Origin: an uncultured delta proteobacterium
GTDB taxonomy: Bacteria > Myxococcota_A > Polyangia > Haliangiales > Haliangiaceae
Assembly: GCA_963848295.1 (NCBI GenBank)
Contig: CAWKDB010000010.1
Location: 480,001 to 544,000, forward strand
Direction of reading: 5' to 3'
DNA: 64,000 nt
Shown piece after piece: positions 51,058 to 61,601 of this stretch (position 1 is the stretch's first letter; each line of letters opens with the position of its first letter). The translations under genes and the position numbers were made by a program. The notes under the pieces are model-generated. The model was not told the origin of the DNA. It was given only the letters and a program-made list of their open reading frames with translations, and ran no database searches.

Positions 51058-52035
51058 ATGCGCGCACTCCTCGTCACGCTCATCCTGTTCGCCTCGACCG
51101 CGGCACGCGCCGATGGCGATATCGGCGTCGTCGTCACCGGGGAAGCGACCTTGCAGCCGCAGCTCGTGGCCCAGGTCGAGGGCTGGTTGCGCCACCACGG
51201 CCACCAGCTCGCACCGGCCGCCCTCGAGCCCGACGCGATCAACACGCTGATCGACTGCGTCGTCGTGCAAGACGATGCGTGCGTGCGCACCGTCGTCGAC
51301 AAGCGCGCCCACGCCAACAGCATCGTGTTCGCTCGCGCCGACGTCACCCCGACCGACGACGGCACCCGCAACATCACGCTCGTCGGCTACTGGCTCGTCA
51401 AAGGCCACGACGCCGTCGCCGAGCGCCGCAACTGCGAGCGCTGCACCGACCAGAGCCTGCGCAACGCCGCCGACGACATGATGACCGCCCTCGCCCACGC
51501 CGGCGAGCTCGACCCCGGCCACCTCGCCCTCCGCTCCACCCCGCCAGGCGCCAAGGTCCTCATCGACGGCACCCCCGTCGGCGTCACCCCGCTCGACTAC
51601 GACCTCGCGCCCGGCAACCACAAGATCTCCGTCACCGCCGACCAGCACAGCGTCGAGACCCGCGACGTCATCGTGCGCAAGGGCGAGACCACCACCGTCG
51701 ACATCCCGCTCAAGGACCTCGGCGACGCCGGCCCGCCCGACACCGGCCGGCCCTCCCACCTCGTCCCCGGCATCGTCATCGGCGCCGGCGCGGTCGCCGC
51801 GATTGCAGGCGTCGCGATGATCGCGAGCGACAAAGGCACGCCGAGCCCGATCGGGGTGCAACAGCCGAACTATCCGAACAGCTCGCCCGGCGACTACGTG
51901 CTCGCCGGTGCCGGCGCGGTCGCGATCGGCGTCGGCGTGTACTTGTGGTTGCGCGCGAATTCGCATGCGGACTCGGCTCCGATCGCGACGGTGACGCGCG
52001 ACGGCGGCGTCGTTGGTTGGTCTGGTCGCTTCTGA
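51058..52035 (+). CDS. Secreted PEGA-domain protein
   Basis: Signal peptide, STPPGAKVLIDGTPVGVTP..LAPGNH, hydrophobic hairpin and terminal GWSGRF. Confidence 0.88.
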   Translation: MRALLVTLILFASTAARADGDIGVVVTGEATLQPQLVAQVEGWLRHHGHQLAPAALEPDAINTLIDCVVVQDDACVRTVVDKRAHANSIVFARADVTPTDDGTRNITLVGYWLVKGHDAVAERRNCERCTDQSLRNAADDMMTALAHAGELDPGHLALRSTPPGAKVLIDGTPVGVTPLDYDLAPGNHKISVTADQHSVETRDVIVRKGETTTVDIPLKDLGDAGPPDTGRPSHLVPGIVIGAGAVAAIAGVAMIASDKGTPSPIGVQQPNYPNSSPGDYVLAGAGAVAIGVGVYLWLRANSHADSAPIATVTRDGGVVGWSGRF

Positions 52036-52052
52036 TTCTCGAGGAGGACGTC

Positions 52053-53474
52053 ATGGTCAAGACTTGCTTCGTGCTCGCTCTCACCGCTCTGCTTGCCGCG
52101 GGATGCAACAAGAGCAACCCGAACTACTGCGCCGGCAAGAACCCCGACAATAACTGTCTCGAGGATGCCGCTGGCGACAGCACCACGGGCTGCACCAGCG
52201 ACCAGAGCTGTTCCGGCGCGACGCCGGTGTGCGACCTGAACGGCAGCAAGACGTGTGTGCAATGCACCACGACCGAATCGAGCGCGTGCAGCGGCACCAC
52301 CCCGATCTGCGGCACCGACGACACCTGCGGCGCGTGCACGATGCATAGCCAGTGCGCATCGGACGTGTGCCTACCCGACGGCTCGTGCAGCGATGGTGGC
52401 AACGTCGCTTACGTCGACCCGGCTGGCACGGACAACGACACGTGCTCGAAGGCGATGCCGTGCACCAAGGTCGCCAAGGCGCTCGCCACTGCGATGCCTT
52501 TTGTCAAATTCACCGGGACGACCAGCGAGCAGGTCACCATCAACAACCAGGACGTCACCCTGCTCGCCGACCCTGGTGCACAGCTCACCTACTCGATGGC
52601 CGGCGTCATCCTCAAGGTCGACGGCACCAGCACGGTAAAGATCTACGACCTCGAGATCGCCAATGGCCTTGGCGCAACGGGCATCGGCATCTCCATGCCT
52701 GCCGGCAACACCGCCGACCTCACCCTGCAGCGCGCCAAGCTCACCGGCAACACCGGCGGCGGCATCTCCGCCTCCGGTGGCACGCTCACCGTCACGCAGT
52801 CGCAGCTCACCGGCAACACCGGCGGCGGCATCTCCGCCTCCGGTGGCACGCTCACCGTCACGCAGTCACAGCTCACCGGCAACACCGGCGGCGGCATCTC
52901 CGCCTCCGGTGGCACGCTCACCGTCACGCAGTCGCAGCTCACCGGCAACACCGGCGGCGGCATCTCCATAACGTCAGCTCAGTTCACCATCGTGAACAAC
53001 TTTATTGCCCAAAATGGTGCAGGAACTCTTCGAGCTTCTCGGCGGCGTGAAGATTCGACACGATCACGTCGGCAGGAACGCATCAGATGGACTTCAACAC
53101 GATCACGGCGAATCTAGGTCCGGGTACCGTCGATACTGGCGTTTCGTGCGGCACCGTCGTCGTCCCGCTCGTGTTCGACAGCAATATCATCTTCGACAAC
53201 ATCGTCTGCGATGGGTGGAACCCAGATCGGCGGCAGTGCGAACTGCATGACGACCTATTCCGACATCGGCCCGGATAGCGCGACCGGCACCGGTAACATC
53301 AACATGGATCCGGCATTCGTGAATGTCTCGGGCGGCGACTTCCACATCACGAGCAGCTCGCCATGCAAGGATACCGCCGCTGACTCCGCGGCGACGGTCA
53401 CGGTCGACATCGACGGCGATTCTCGCCCGCAGGGCAATGGCTACGACATCGGCGCCGACGAGTACAAACCGTAA
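52053..53474 (+). CDS. Array lipoprotein 1 (C-cassette X; frameshifts near 53030-53055 and 53208)
   Basis: RBS gaggagg, MVKTCFVLALTALLAAGC. Comparison with the intact copy at 56211 shows indels. Confidence 0.75.
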
Positions 53475-53509
53475 GCAACGCGCGCGCGACGCGGCGGGAA
53501 GGTGGAGCT

Positions 53510-54799
53510 ATGAAGACAGCGATCCTTGTTCTTGCACTCGCGGCCTGCGGAGGCGGTGCCGCTTCGCCGGCGGGCGACGGCGGCGGCGATGGCACCACGG
53601 GCTGCACCAGCGACCAGAGCTGTTCCGGCGCGACGCCGGTGTGCGACCTGAACGGCAGCAAGACGTGTGTGCAATGCACCACGACCGAATCGAGCGCGTG
53701 CAGCGGCACCACCCCGATCTGCGGCACCGACGACACCTGCGGCGCGTGCACGATGCATAGCCAGTGCGCTTCAGACGTGTGCCTACCCGACGGCTCGTGC
53801 AGCGATGGTGGCAACGTCGCTTACGTCGACCCGGCCGGCACGGACAACGACACGTGCTCGAAGGCGATGCCGTGCACCAAGGTCGCCAAGGCGCTCGCGA
53901 CGGCGATGCCTTTCGTCAAATTCACCGGTACGACCAGCGAGCAGGTATCCATCAACAACCAGGACGTCACCCTGCTCGCCGACCCTGGTGCACAGCTCAC
54001 CTACTCGATGGCCGGCGTCATCCTCAAGGTCGACGGCACCAGCACGGTGAAGATCTACGACCTCGAGATCGCCGATGGCCTCGGCGCAACGGGCATCGGC
54101 ATCTCCATGCCCGCCGGCAACACCGCCGACCTCACCCTGCAGCGCGCCAAGCTCACCGGCAACACCGGCGGCGGCATCTCCGCCTCCGGTGGCACGCTCA
54201 CCGTCACGCAGTCGCAGCTCACCGGCAACACCGGCGGCGGCATCTCCGCCTCCGGTGGCACGCTCACCGTCACGCAGTCCACGATCGATCTTAATGACGG
54301 CGGCGGCATCAACATTACCGGCGCGACGACGTTCACGATCATCAACAACTTCATCTACCGAAACGGGAACTCGTCGACGTCGTCAGTCGGCGGAGCCTCG
54401 CTCATGCCCGCCGGCACGAGCAGCTTCGAATTCAACACCGTCGTCGACAACCAGATCAAGAGCAGCACGATCCTGGCCGGCGGCGTGTTGTGCGATCAGA
54501 GTGGTTTCGCCGCACCTAACAACATCATCGCGCGCAATGACGTAAACAGCATGGCCAGCGCTACCAACGCGAATACCCTCGGCCAGTGTACTTATCCGAC
54601 CTCGTTCATCATGGCCGATCTCACAAGCCTCGCCCTCAAGAGCCCCGACAATACGCCCTACGACTACCACCTCACCGCGGCGAGCACCCCCGCCATCGAT
54701 CAGGCGACCGCCGATGCGACGGTCACCGTCGACATCGACGGCGACTCTCGCCCGCAGGGCAACGGCTACGACATCGGTGCCGACGAATACAAACCCTAG
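53510..54799 (+). CDS. Array lipoprotein 2 (C-cassette Y)
   Basis: Intact 429 aa ORF, MKTAILVLALAAC. Confidence 0.88.
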   Translation: MKTAILVLALAACGGGAASPAGDGGGDGTTGCTSDQSCSGATPVCDLNGSKTCVQCTTTESSACSGTTPICGTDDTCGACTMHSQCASDVCLPDGSCSDGGNVAYVDPAGTDNDTCSKAMPCTKVAKALATAMPFVKFTGTTSEQVSINNQDVTLLADPGAQLTYSMAGVILKVDGTSTVKIYDLEIADGLGATGIGISMPAGNTADLTLQRAKLTGNTGGGISASGGTLTVTQSQLTGNTGGGISASGGTLTVTQSTIDLNDGGGINITGATTFTIINNFIYRNGNSSTSSVGGASLMPAGTSSFEFNTVVDNQIKSSTILAGGVLCDQSGFAAPNNIIARNDVNSMASATNANTLGQCTYPTSFIMADLTSLALKSPDNTPYDYHLTAASTPAIDQATADATVTVDIDGDSRPQGNGYDIGADEYKP

Positions 54800-54833
54800 C
54801 AACGCGCGCGCGACGCGGCGGGATGGTGGATCT

Positions 54834-56176
54834 ATGAAGACAGCGATCCTTGTTCTTGCACTCGCGGCCTGCGGAGGCGGTGCCGCTTCGCCGGCGGCCG
54901 ACGGCGCCAGCGATAGCACCACCGGCTGCACCAGCGACCAGAGCTGTTCGGGCTCGACGCCGGTGTGCGACCTGAGCGGCAGCAAGACGTGTGTGCAATG
55001 CACCACGACCGAATCGAGCGCGTGCAGCGGCACCACCCCGATCTGCGGCACCGACGACACCTGCGGCGCGTGCACGATGCATAGCCAGTGCGCATCGGAC
55101 GTGTGCCTACCCGACGGCTCGTGCAGCGATGGTGGCAACGTCGCTTACGTCGACCCGGCTGGCACGGACAACGACACGTGCTCGAAGGCGATGCCGTGCA
55201 CCAAGGTCGCCAAGGCGCTCGCGACGGCGATGCCTTTCGTCAAATTCACCGGCACGACCAGCGAGCAGGTCACCATCAACAACCAGGACGTCACCCTGCT
55301 CGCCGACCCTGGTGCACAGCTCACCTACTCGATGGCCGGCGTCATCCTCAAGGTCGACGGCACCAGCACGGTGAAGATCTACGACCTCGAGATCGCCAAT
55401 GGCCTCGGCGCAACGGGCATCGGCATCTCCATGCCTGCCGGCAACACCGCCGACCTCACCCTGCAGCGCGCCAAGCTCACCGGCAACACCGGCGGCGGCA
55501 TCTCCGCCTCCGGTGGCACGCTCACCGTCCCTCCCCCGCCGGATCTCCGCGGTGGCACGCTCACCGTCCGCAGCGTCGTCAGCTCACCGGCAACACCGGC
55601 GGCGGCATCTCCGCCTCCGGTGGCACGCTCACCGTCACGCAGTCACAGCTCACCGGCAACACCGGCGGCGGCATCTCCATAACGTCAGCTCAGTTCACCA
55701 TCGTGAACAACTTTATTGCCCAAAATGGTGCAGGAACCTCGGGGCTCGGCGGCGTGAAGATCGACACGATCACGTCGGCAGGAACGCACCAGATGGACTT
55801 CAACACGATCACGGCGAACCTTGGTCCGGGGACCGTCGATACTGGCGTTTCGTGCGGCACCGTCGTCGTCCCGCTCGTGTTCGACAGCAATATCATCTTC
55901 GACAACATCGTCTCGATGGGTGGAACCCAGATCGGCGGCAGCGCGAACTGCATGACGACCTATTCCGACATCGGCCCGGACACCGCGACCGGCACCGGTA
56001 ACATCAACATGGATCCCGCATTCGTGAATGTCTCGGGCGGCGACTTCCACATCACGAGCAGCTCGCCATGCAAAGACGCCGCTAACTCCGCGGCAACGCT
56101 CGCGGTCGATGTCGACGGCGATTCTCGCCCGCAGGGCAACGGCTACGACATCGGCGCCGACGAATACAAACCCTAA
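54834..56176 (+). CDS. Array lipoprotein 3 (C-cassette X; frameshift in garbled repeat ~55529-55580)
   Basis: Two ORFs join inside the 66-bp repeat tract. Confidence 0.75.
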
Positions 56177-56210
56177 CAACACGCGCGCGACGCGGCGGGA
56201 AGGTGGAGCT

Positions 56211-57512
56211 ATGAAGACAGCGATCCTTGTTCTTGAACTCGCGGCCTGCGGAGCTGGTGCCGCTTCGCCCGCGGCCGATGGCGGCAGCGGCAGTACCACG
56301 GGCTGCACCAGCGACCAGAGCTGTTCCGGCGCGACGCCGGTGTGCGACCTGAACGGCAGCAAGACGTGTGTGCAATGCACCACGACCGAATCGAGCGCGT
56401 GCAGCGGGACCACACCGATCTGCGGCACCGATGACACCTGCGGCGCGTGCACGATGCATAGCCAGTGCGCATCGGACGTGTGCCTACCCGACGGCTCGTG
56501 CAGCGATGGTGGCAACGTCGCTTACGTCGACCCGGCTGGCACGGACAACGACACGTGCTCGAAGGCGATGCCGTGCACCAAGGTCGCCAAGGCGCTCGCC
56601 ACTGCGATGCCTTTTGTCAAATTCACCGGGACGACCAGCGAGCAGGTCACCATCAACAACCAGGACGTCACCCTGCTCGCCGACCCTGGTGCACAGCTCA
56701 CCTACTCGATGGCCGGCGTCATCCTCAAGGTCGACGGCACCAGCACGGTAAAGATCTACGACCTCGAGATCGCCAACGGCCTTGGCGCAACGGGCATCGG
56801 CATCTCCATGCCTGCCGGCAACACCGCCGACCTCACCCTGCAGCGCGCCAAGCTCACCGGCAACACCGGCGGCGGCATCTCCGCCTCCGGTGGCACGCTC
56901 ACCGTCACGCAGTCGCAGCTCACCGGCAACACCGGCGGCGGCATCTCCGCCTCCGGTGGCACGCTCACCGTCACGCAGTCACAGCTCACCGGCAACACCG
57001 GCGGCGGCATCTCCATAACGTCAGCTCAGTTCACCATCGTGAACAACTTTATTGCCCAAAATGGTGCAGGAACCTCGGGGCTCGGCGGCGTGAAGATCGA
57101 CACGATCACGTCGGCAGGAACGCACCAGATGGACTTCAACACGATCACGGCGAACCTTGGTCCGGGGACCGTCGATACTGGCGTTTCGTGCGGCACCGTC
57201 GTCGTCCCGCTCGTGTTCGACAGCAATATCATCTTCGACAACATCGTCTCGATGGGTGGAACCCAGATCGGCGGCAGCGCGAACTGCATGACGACCTATT
57301 CCGACATCGGCCCGGACACCGCGACCGGCACCGGTAACATCAACATGGATCCCGCATTCGTGAATGTCTCGGGCGGCGACTTCCACATCACGAGCAGCTC
57401 GCCATGCAAAGACGCCGCTAACTCCGCGGCAACGCTCGCGGTCGATGTCGACGGCGATTCTCGCCCGCAGGGCAACGGCTACGACATCGGCGCCGACGAA
57501 TACAAACCCTAA
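56211..57512 (+). CDS. Array lipoprotein 4 (C-cassette X)
   Basis: Intact, with signal variant MKTAILVLELAAC. Confidence 0.88.
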   Translation: MKTAILVLELAACGAGAASPAADGGSGSTTGCTSDQSCSGATPVCDLNGSKTCVQCTTTESSACSGTTPICGTDDTCGACTMHSQCASDVCLPDGSCSDGGNVAYVDPAGTDNDTCSKAMPCTKVAKALATAMPFVKFTGTTSEQVTINNQDVTLLADPGAQLTYSMAGVILKVDGTSTVKIYDLEIANGLGATGIGISMPAGNTADLTLQRAKLTGNTGGGISASGGTLTVTQSQLTGNTGGGISASGGTLTVTQSQLTGNTGGGISITSAQFTIVNNFIAQNGAGTSGLGGVKIDTITSAGTHQMDFNTITANLGPGTVDTGVSCGTVVVPLVFDSNIIFDNIVSMGGTQIGGSANCMTTYSDIGPDTATGTGNINMDPAFVNVSGGDFHITSSSPCKDAANSAATLAVDVDGDSRPQGNGYDIGADEYKP

Positions 57513-57546
57513 CAACACGCGCGCGACGCGGCGGGAAGGTGGAGCT

Positions 57547-58836
57547 ATGAAGACAGCGATCCTTGTTCTTGCACTCGCGGCCTGCGGAGGCGGTGCCGCT
57601 TCGCCGGCGGGCGACGGCGGCGGCGATGGCACCATGGGCTGCACCAGCGACCAGAGCTGTTCGGGCTCGACGCCGGTGTGCGACCTGAGCGGCAGCAAGA
57701 CGTGTGTGCAATGCACCACGACCGAATCGAGCGCGTGCAGCGGCACCACCCCGATCTGCGGCACCGACGACACCTGCGGCGCGTGCACGATGCATAGCCA
57801 GTGCGCATCGGACGTGTGCCTACCCGACGGCTCGTGCAGCGATGGTGGCAACGTCGCTTACGTCGACCCGGCTGGCACGGACAACGACACGTGCTCGATG
57901 GCGATGCCATGCACCAAGGTCGCCAAGGCGCTCGCGACCGCGATGCCTTTCGTCAAATTCACCGGCACGACCAGCGAGCAGGTCACCATCAACAACCAGG
58001 ACGTCACCCTGCTCGCCGACCCCGGTGCCCAGCTCACCTACTCGATGGCCGGCGTCATCCTCAAGGTCGACGGCACCAGCACGGTGAAGATCTACGACCT
58101 CGAGATCGCCGATGGCCTCGGCGCAACGGGCATCGGCATCTCCATGCCTGCCGGCAACACCGCCGACCTCACCCTGCAGCGCGCCAAGCTCACCGGCAAC
58201 ACCGGCGGCGGCATCTCCGCCTCCGGTGGCACGCTCACCGTCACGCAGTCGCAGCTCACCGGCAACACCGGCGGCGGCATCTCCGCCTCCGGTGGCACGC
58301 TCACCGTCACGCAGTCGCAGCTCGATCTTAATGACGGCGGCGGCATCAACATTACCGGCGCGACGACGTTCACGATCATCAACAACTTCATCTACCGAAA
58401 CGGGAACTCGTCGACGTCGTCAGTCGGCGGAGCCTCGCTCATGCCCGCCGGCACGAGCAGCTTCGAATTCAACACCGTCGTCGACAACCAGATCAAGAGC
58501 AGCACGATCCTGGCCGGCGGCGTGTTGTGCGATCAGAGTGGTTTCGCCGCACCTAACAACATCATCGCGCGCAATGACGTAAACAGCATGGCCAGCGCTA
58601 CCAACGCGAATACCCTCGGCCAGTGTACTTATCCGACCTCGTTCATCATGGCCGATCTCACAAGCCTCGCCCTCAAGAGCCCCGACAATACGCCCTACGA
58701 CTACCACCTCACCGCGGCGAGCACCCCCGCCATCGATCAGGCGACCGCCGATGCGACGGTCACCGTCGACATCGACGGCGACTCTCGCCCGCAGGGCAAC
58801 GGCTACGACATCGGTGCCGACGAATACAAACCCTAG
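57547..58836 (+). CDS. Array lipoprotein 5 (C-cassette Y)
   Basis: Intact ORF. Confidence 0.88.
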   Translation: MKTAILVLALAACGGGAASPAGDGGGDGTMGCTSDQSCSGSTPVCDLSGSKTCVQCTTTESSACSGTTPICGTDDTCGACTMHSQCASDVCLPDGSCSDGGNVAYVDPAGTDNDTCSMAMPCTKVAKALATAMPFVKFTGTTSEQVTINNQDVTLLADPGAQLTYSMAGVILKVDGTSTVKIYDLEIADGLGATGIGISMPAGNTADLTLQRAKLTGNTGGGISASGGTLTVTQSQLTGNTGGGISASGGTLTVTQSQLDLNDGGGINITGATTFTIINNFIYRNGNSSTSSVGGASLMPAGTSSFEFNTVVDNQIKSSTILAGGVLCDQSGFAAPNNIIARNDVNSMASATNANTLGQCTYPTSFIMADLTSLALKSPDNTPYDYHLTAASTPAIDQATADATVTVDIDGDSRPQGNGYDIGADEYKP

Positions 58837-58870
58837 CAACGCGCGCGCGACGCGGCGGGATGGTGGATCT

Positions 58871-60177
58871 ATGAAGACAGCGATCCTTGTTCTTGCACTC
58901 GCGGCCTGCGGAGGCGGTGCCGCTTCGCCGGCGGCCGACGGCGCCAGCGATAGCACCACCGGCTGCACCAGCGACCAGAGCTGTTCGGGCTCGACGCCGG
59001 TGTGCGACCTGAGCGGCAGCAAGACGTGTGTGCAATGCACCACGACCGAATCGAGCGCGTGCAGCGGCACCACCCCGATCTGCGGCACCGACGACACCTG
59101 CGGCGCGTGCACGATGCATAGCCAGTGCGCATCGGACGTGTGCCTACCCGACGGCTCGTGCAGCGATGGTGGCAACGTCGCTTACGTCGACCCGGCTGGC
59201 ACGGACAACGACACGTGCTCGAAGGCGATGCCGTGCACCAAGGTCGCCAAGGCGCTCGCCACTGCGATGCCTTTTGTCAAATTCACCGGGACGACCAGCG
59301 AGCAGGTCACCATCAACAACCAGGACGTCACCCTGCTCGCCGACCCTGGTGCACAGCTCACCTACTCGATGGCCGGCGTCATCCTCAAGGTCGACGGCAC
59401 CAGCACGGTAAAGATCTACGACCTCGAGATCGCCAACGGCCTTGGCGCAACGGGCATCGGCATCTCCATGCCTGCCGGCAACACCGCCGACCTCACCCTG
59501 CAGCGCGCCAAGCTCACCGGCAACACCGGCGGCGGCATCTCCGCCTCCGGTGGCACGCTCACCGTCACGCAGTCGCAGCTCACCGGCAACACCGGCGGCG
59601 GCATCTCGGCCTCCGGTGGCACGCTCACCGTCACGCAGTCACAGCTCACCGGCAACACCGGCGGCGGCATCTCCATAACGGTGGCACGCTCACGTTCACC
59701 ATCGTGAACAACTTTATTGCCCAAAATGGTGCAGGAACCTCGGGGCTCGGCGGCGTGAAGATCGACACGATCACGTCGGCAGGAACGCACCAGATGGACT
59801 TCAACACGATCACGGCGAACCTTGGTCCGGGGACCGTCGATACTGGCGTTTCGTGCGGCACCGTCGTCGTCCCGCTCGTGTTCGACAGCAATATCATCTT
59901 CGACAACATCGTCTCGATGGGTGGAACCCAGATCGGCGGCAGCGCGAACTGCATGACGACCTATTCCGACATCGGCCCGGACACCGCGACCGGCACCGGT
60001 AACATCAACATGGATCCCGCATTCGTGAATGTCTCGGGCGGCGACTTCCACATCACGAGCAGCTCGCCATGCAAAGACGCCGCTAACTCCGCGGCAACGC
60101 TCGCGGTCGATGTCGACGGCGATTCTCGCCCGCAGGGCAACGGCTACGACATCGGCGCCGACGAATACAAACCCTAA
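58871..60177 (+). CDS. Array lipoprotein 6 (C-cassette X; frameshift ~59680-59695)
   Basis: Hybrid junction ataacggtggcacgctcacgttcacc. Confidence 0.75.
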
Positions 60178-60211
60178 CAACACGCGCGCGACGCGGCGGG
60201 AAGGTGGAGCT

Positions 60212-61567
60212 ATGAAGACAGCGATCCTTGTTCTTGAACTCGCGGCCTGCGGAGCTGGTGCCGCTTCGCCCGCGGCCGATGGCGGCAGCGGCAGTACCAC
60301 GGGCTGCACCAGCGACCAGAGCTGTTCCGGCGCGACGCCGGTGTGCGACCTGAACGGCAGCAAGACGTGTGTGCAATGCACCACGACCGAATCGAGCGCG
60401 TGCAGCGGGACCACACCGATCTGCGGCACCGATGACACCTGCGGCGCGTGCACGATGCATAGCCAGTGCGCATCGGACGTGTGCCTACCCGACGGCTCGT
60501 GCAGCGATGGTGGCAACGTCGCTTACGTCGACCCGGCTGGCACGGACAACGACACGTGCTCGAAGGCGATGCCGTGCACCAAGGTCGCCAAGGCGCTCGC
60601 CACTGCGATGCCTTTTGTCAAATTCACCGGGACGACCAGCGAGCAGGTCACCATCAACAACCAGGACGTCACCCTGCTCGCCGACCCTGGTGCACAGCTC
60701 ACCTACTCGATGGCCGGCGTCATCCTCAAGGTCGACGGCACCAGCACGGTAAAGATCTACGACCTCGAGATCGCCAACGGCCTTGGCGCAACGGGCATCG
60801 GCATCTCCATGCCTGCCGGCAACACCGCCGACCTCACCCTGCAGCGCGCCAAGCTCACCGGCAACACCGGCGGCGGCATCTCCGCCTCCGGTGGCACGCT
60901 CACCGTCACGCAGTCGCAGCTCACCGGCAACACCGGCGGCGGCATCTCCGCCTCCGGTGGCACGCTCACCGTCACGCAGTCGCAGCTCACCGGCAACACC
61001 GGCGGCGGCATCTCCGCCTCCGGTGGCACGCTCACCGTCACGCAGTCCACGATCGATCTTAATGACGGCGGCGGCATCAACATTACCGGCGCGACGACGT
61101 TCACGATCATCAACAACTTCATCTACCGAAACGGGAACTCGTCGACGTCGTCAGTCGGCGGAGCCTCGCTCATGCCCGCCGGCACGAGCAGCTTCGAATT
61201 CAACACCGTCGTCGACAACCAGATCAAGAGCAGCACGATCCTGGCCGGCGGCGTGTTGTGCGATCAGAGTGGTTTCGCCGCACCTAACAACATCATCGCG
61301 CGCAATGACGTAAACAGCATGGCCAGCGCTACCAACGCGAATACCCTCGGCCAGTGTACTTATCCGACCTCGTTCATCATGGCCGATCTCACAAGCCTCG
61401 CCCTCAAGAGCCCCGACAATACGCCCTACGACTACCACCTCACCGCGGCGAGCACCCCCGCCATCGATCAGGCGACCGCCGATGCGACGGTCACCGTCGA
61501 CATCGACGGCGACTCTCGCCCGCAGGGCAACGGCTACGACATCGGTGCCGACGAATACAAACCCTAG
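60212..61567 (+). CDS. Array lipoprotein 7 (copy-4-type leader, C-cassette Y)
   Basis: Intact, three 22-aa repeats. Confidence 0.88.
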   Translation: MKTAILVLELAACGAGAASPAADGGSGSTTGCTSDQSCSGATPVCDLNGSKTCVQCTTTESSACSGTTPICGTDDTCGACTMHSQCASDVCLPDGSCSDGGNVAYVDPAGTDNDTCSKAMPCTKVAKALATAMPFVKFTGTTSEQVTINNQDVTLLADPGAQLTYSMAGVILKVDGTSTVKIYDLEIANGLGATGIGISMPAGNTADLTLQRAKLTGNTGGGISASGGTLTVTQSQLTGNTGGGISASGGTLTVTQSQLTGNTGGGISASGGTLTVTQSTIDLNDGGGINITGATTFTIINNFIYRNGNSSTSSVGGASLMPAGTSSFEFNTVVDNQIKSSTILAGGVLCDQSGFAAPNNIIARNDVNSMASATNANTLGQCTYPTSFIMADLTSLALKSPDNTPYDYHLTAASTPAIDQATADATVTVDIDGDSRPQGNGYDIGADEYKP

Positions 61568-61601
61568 CAACGCGCGCGCGACGCGGCGGGATGGTGGATC
61601 T

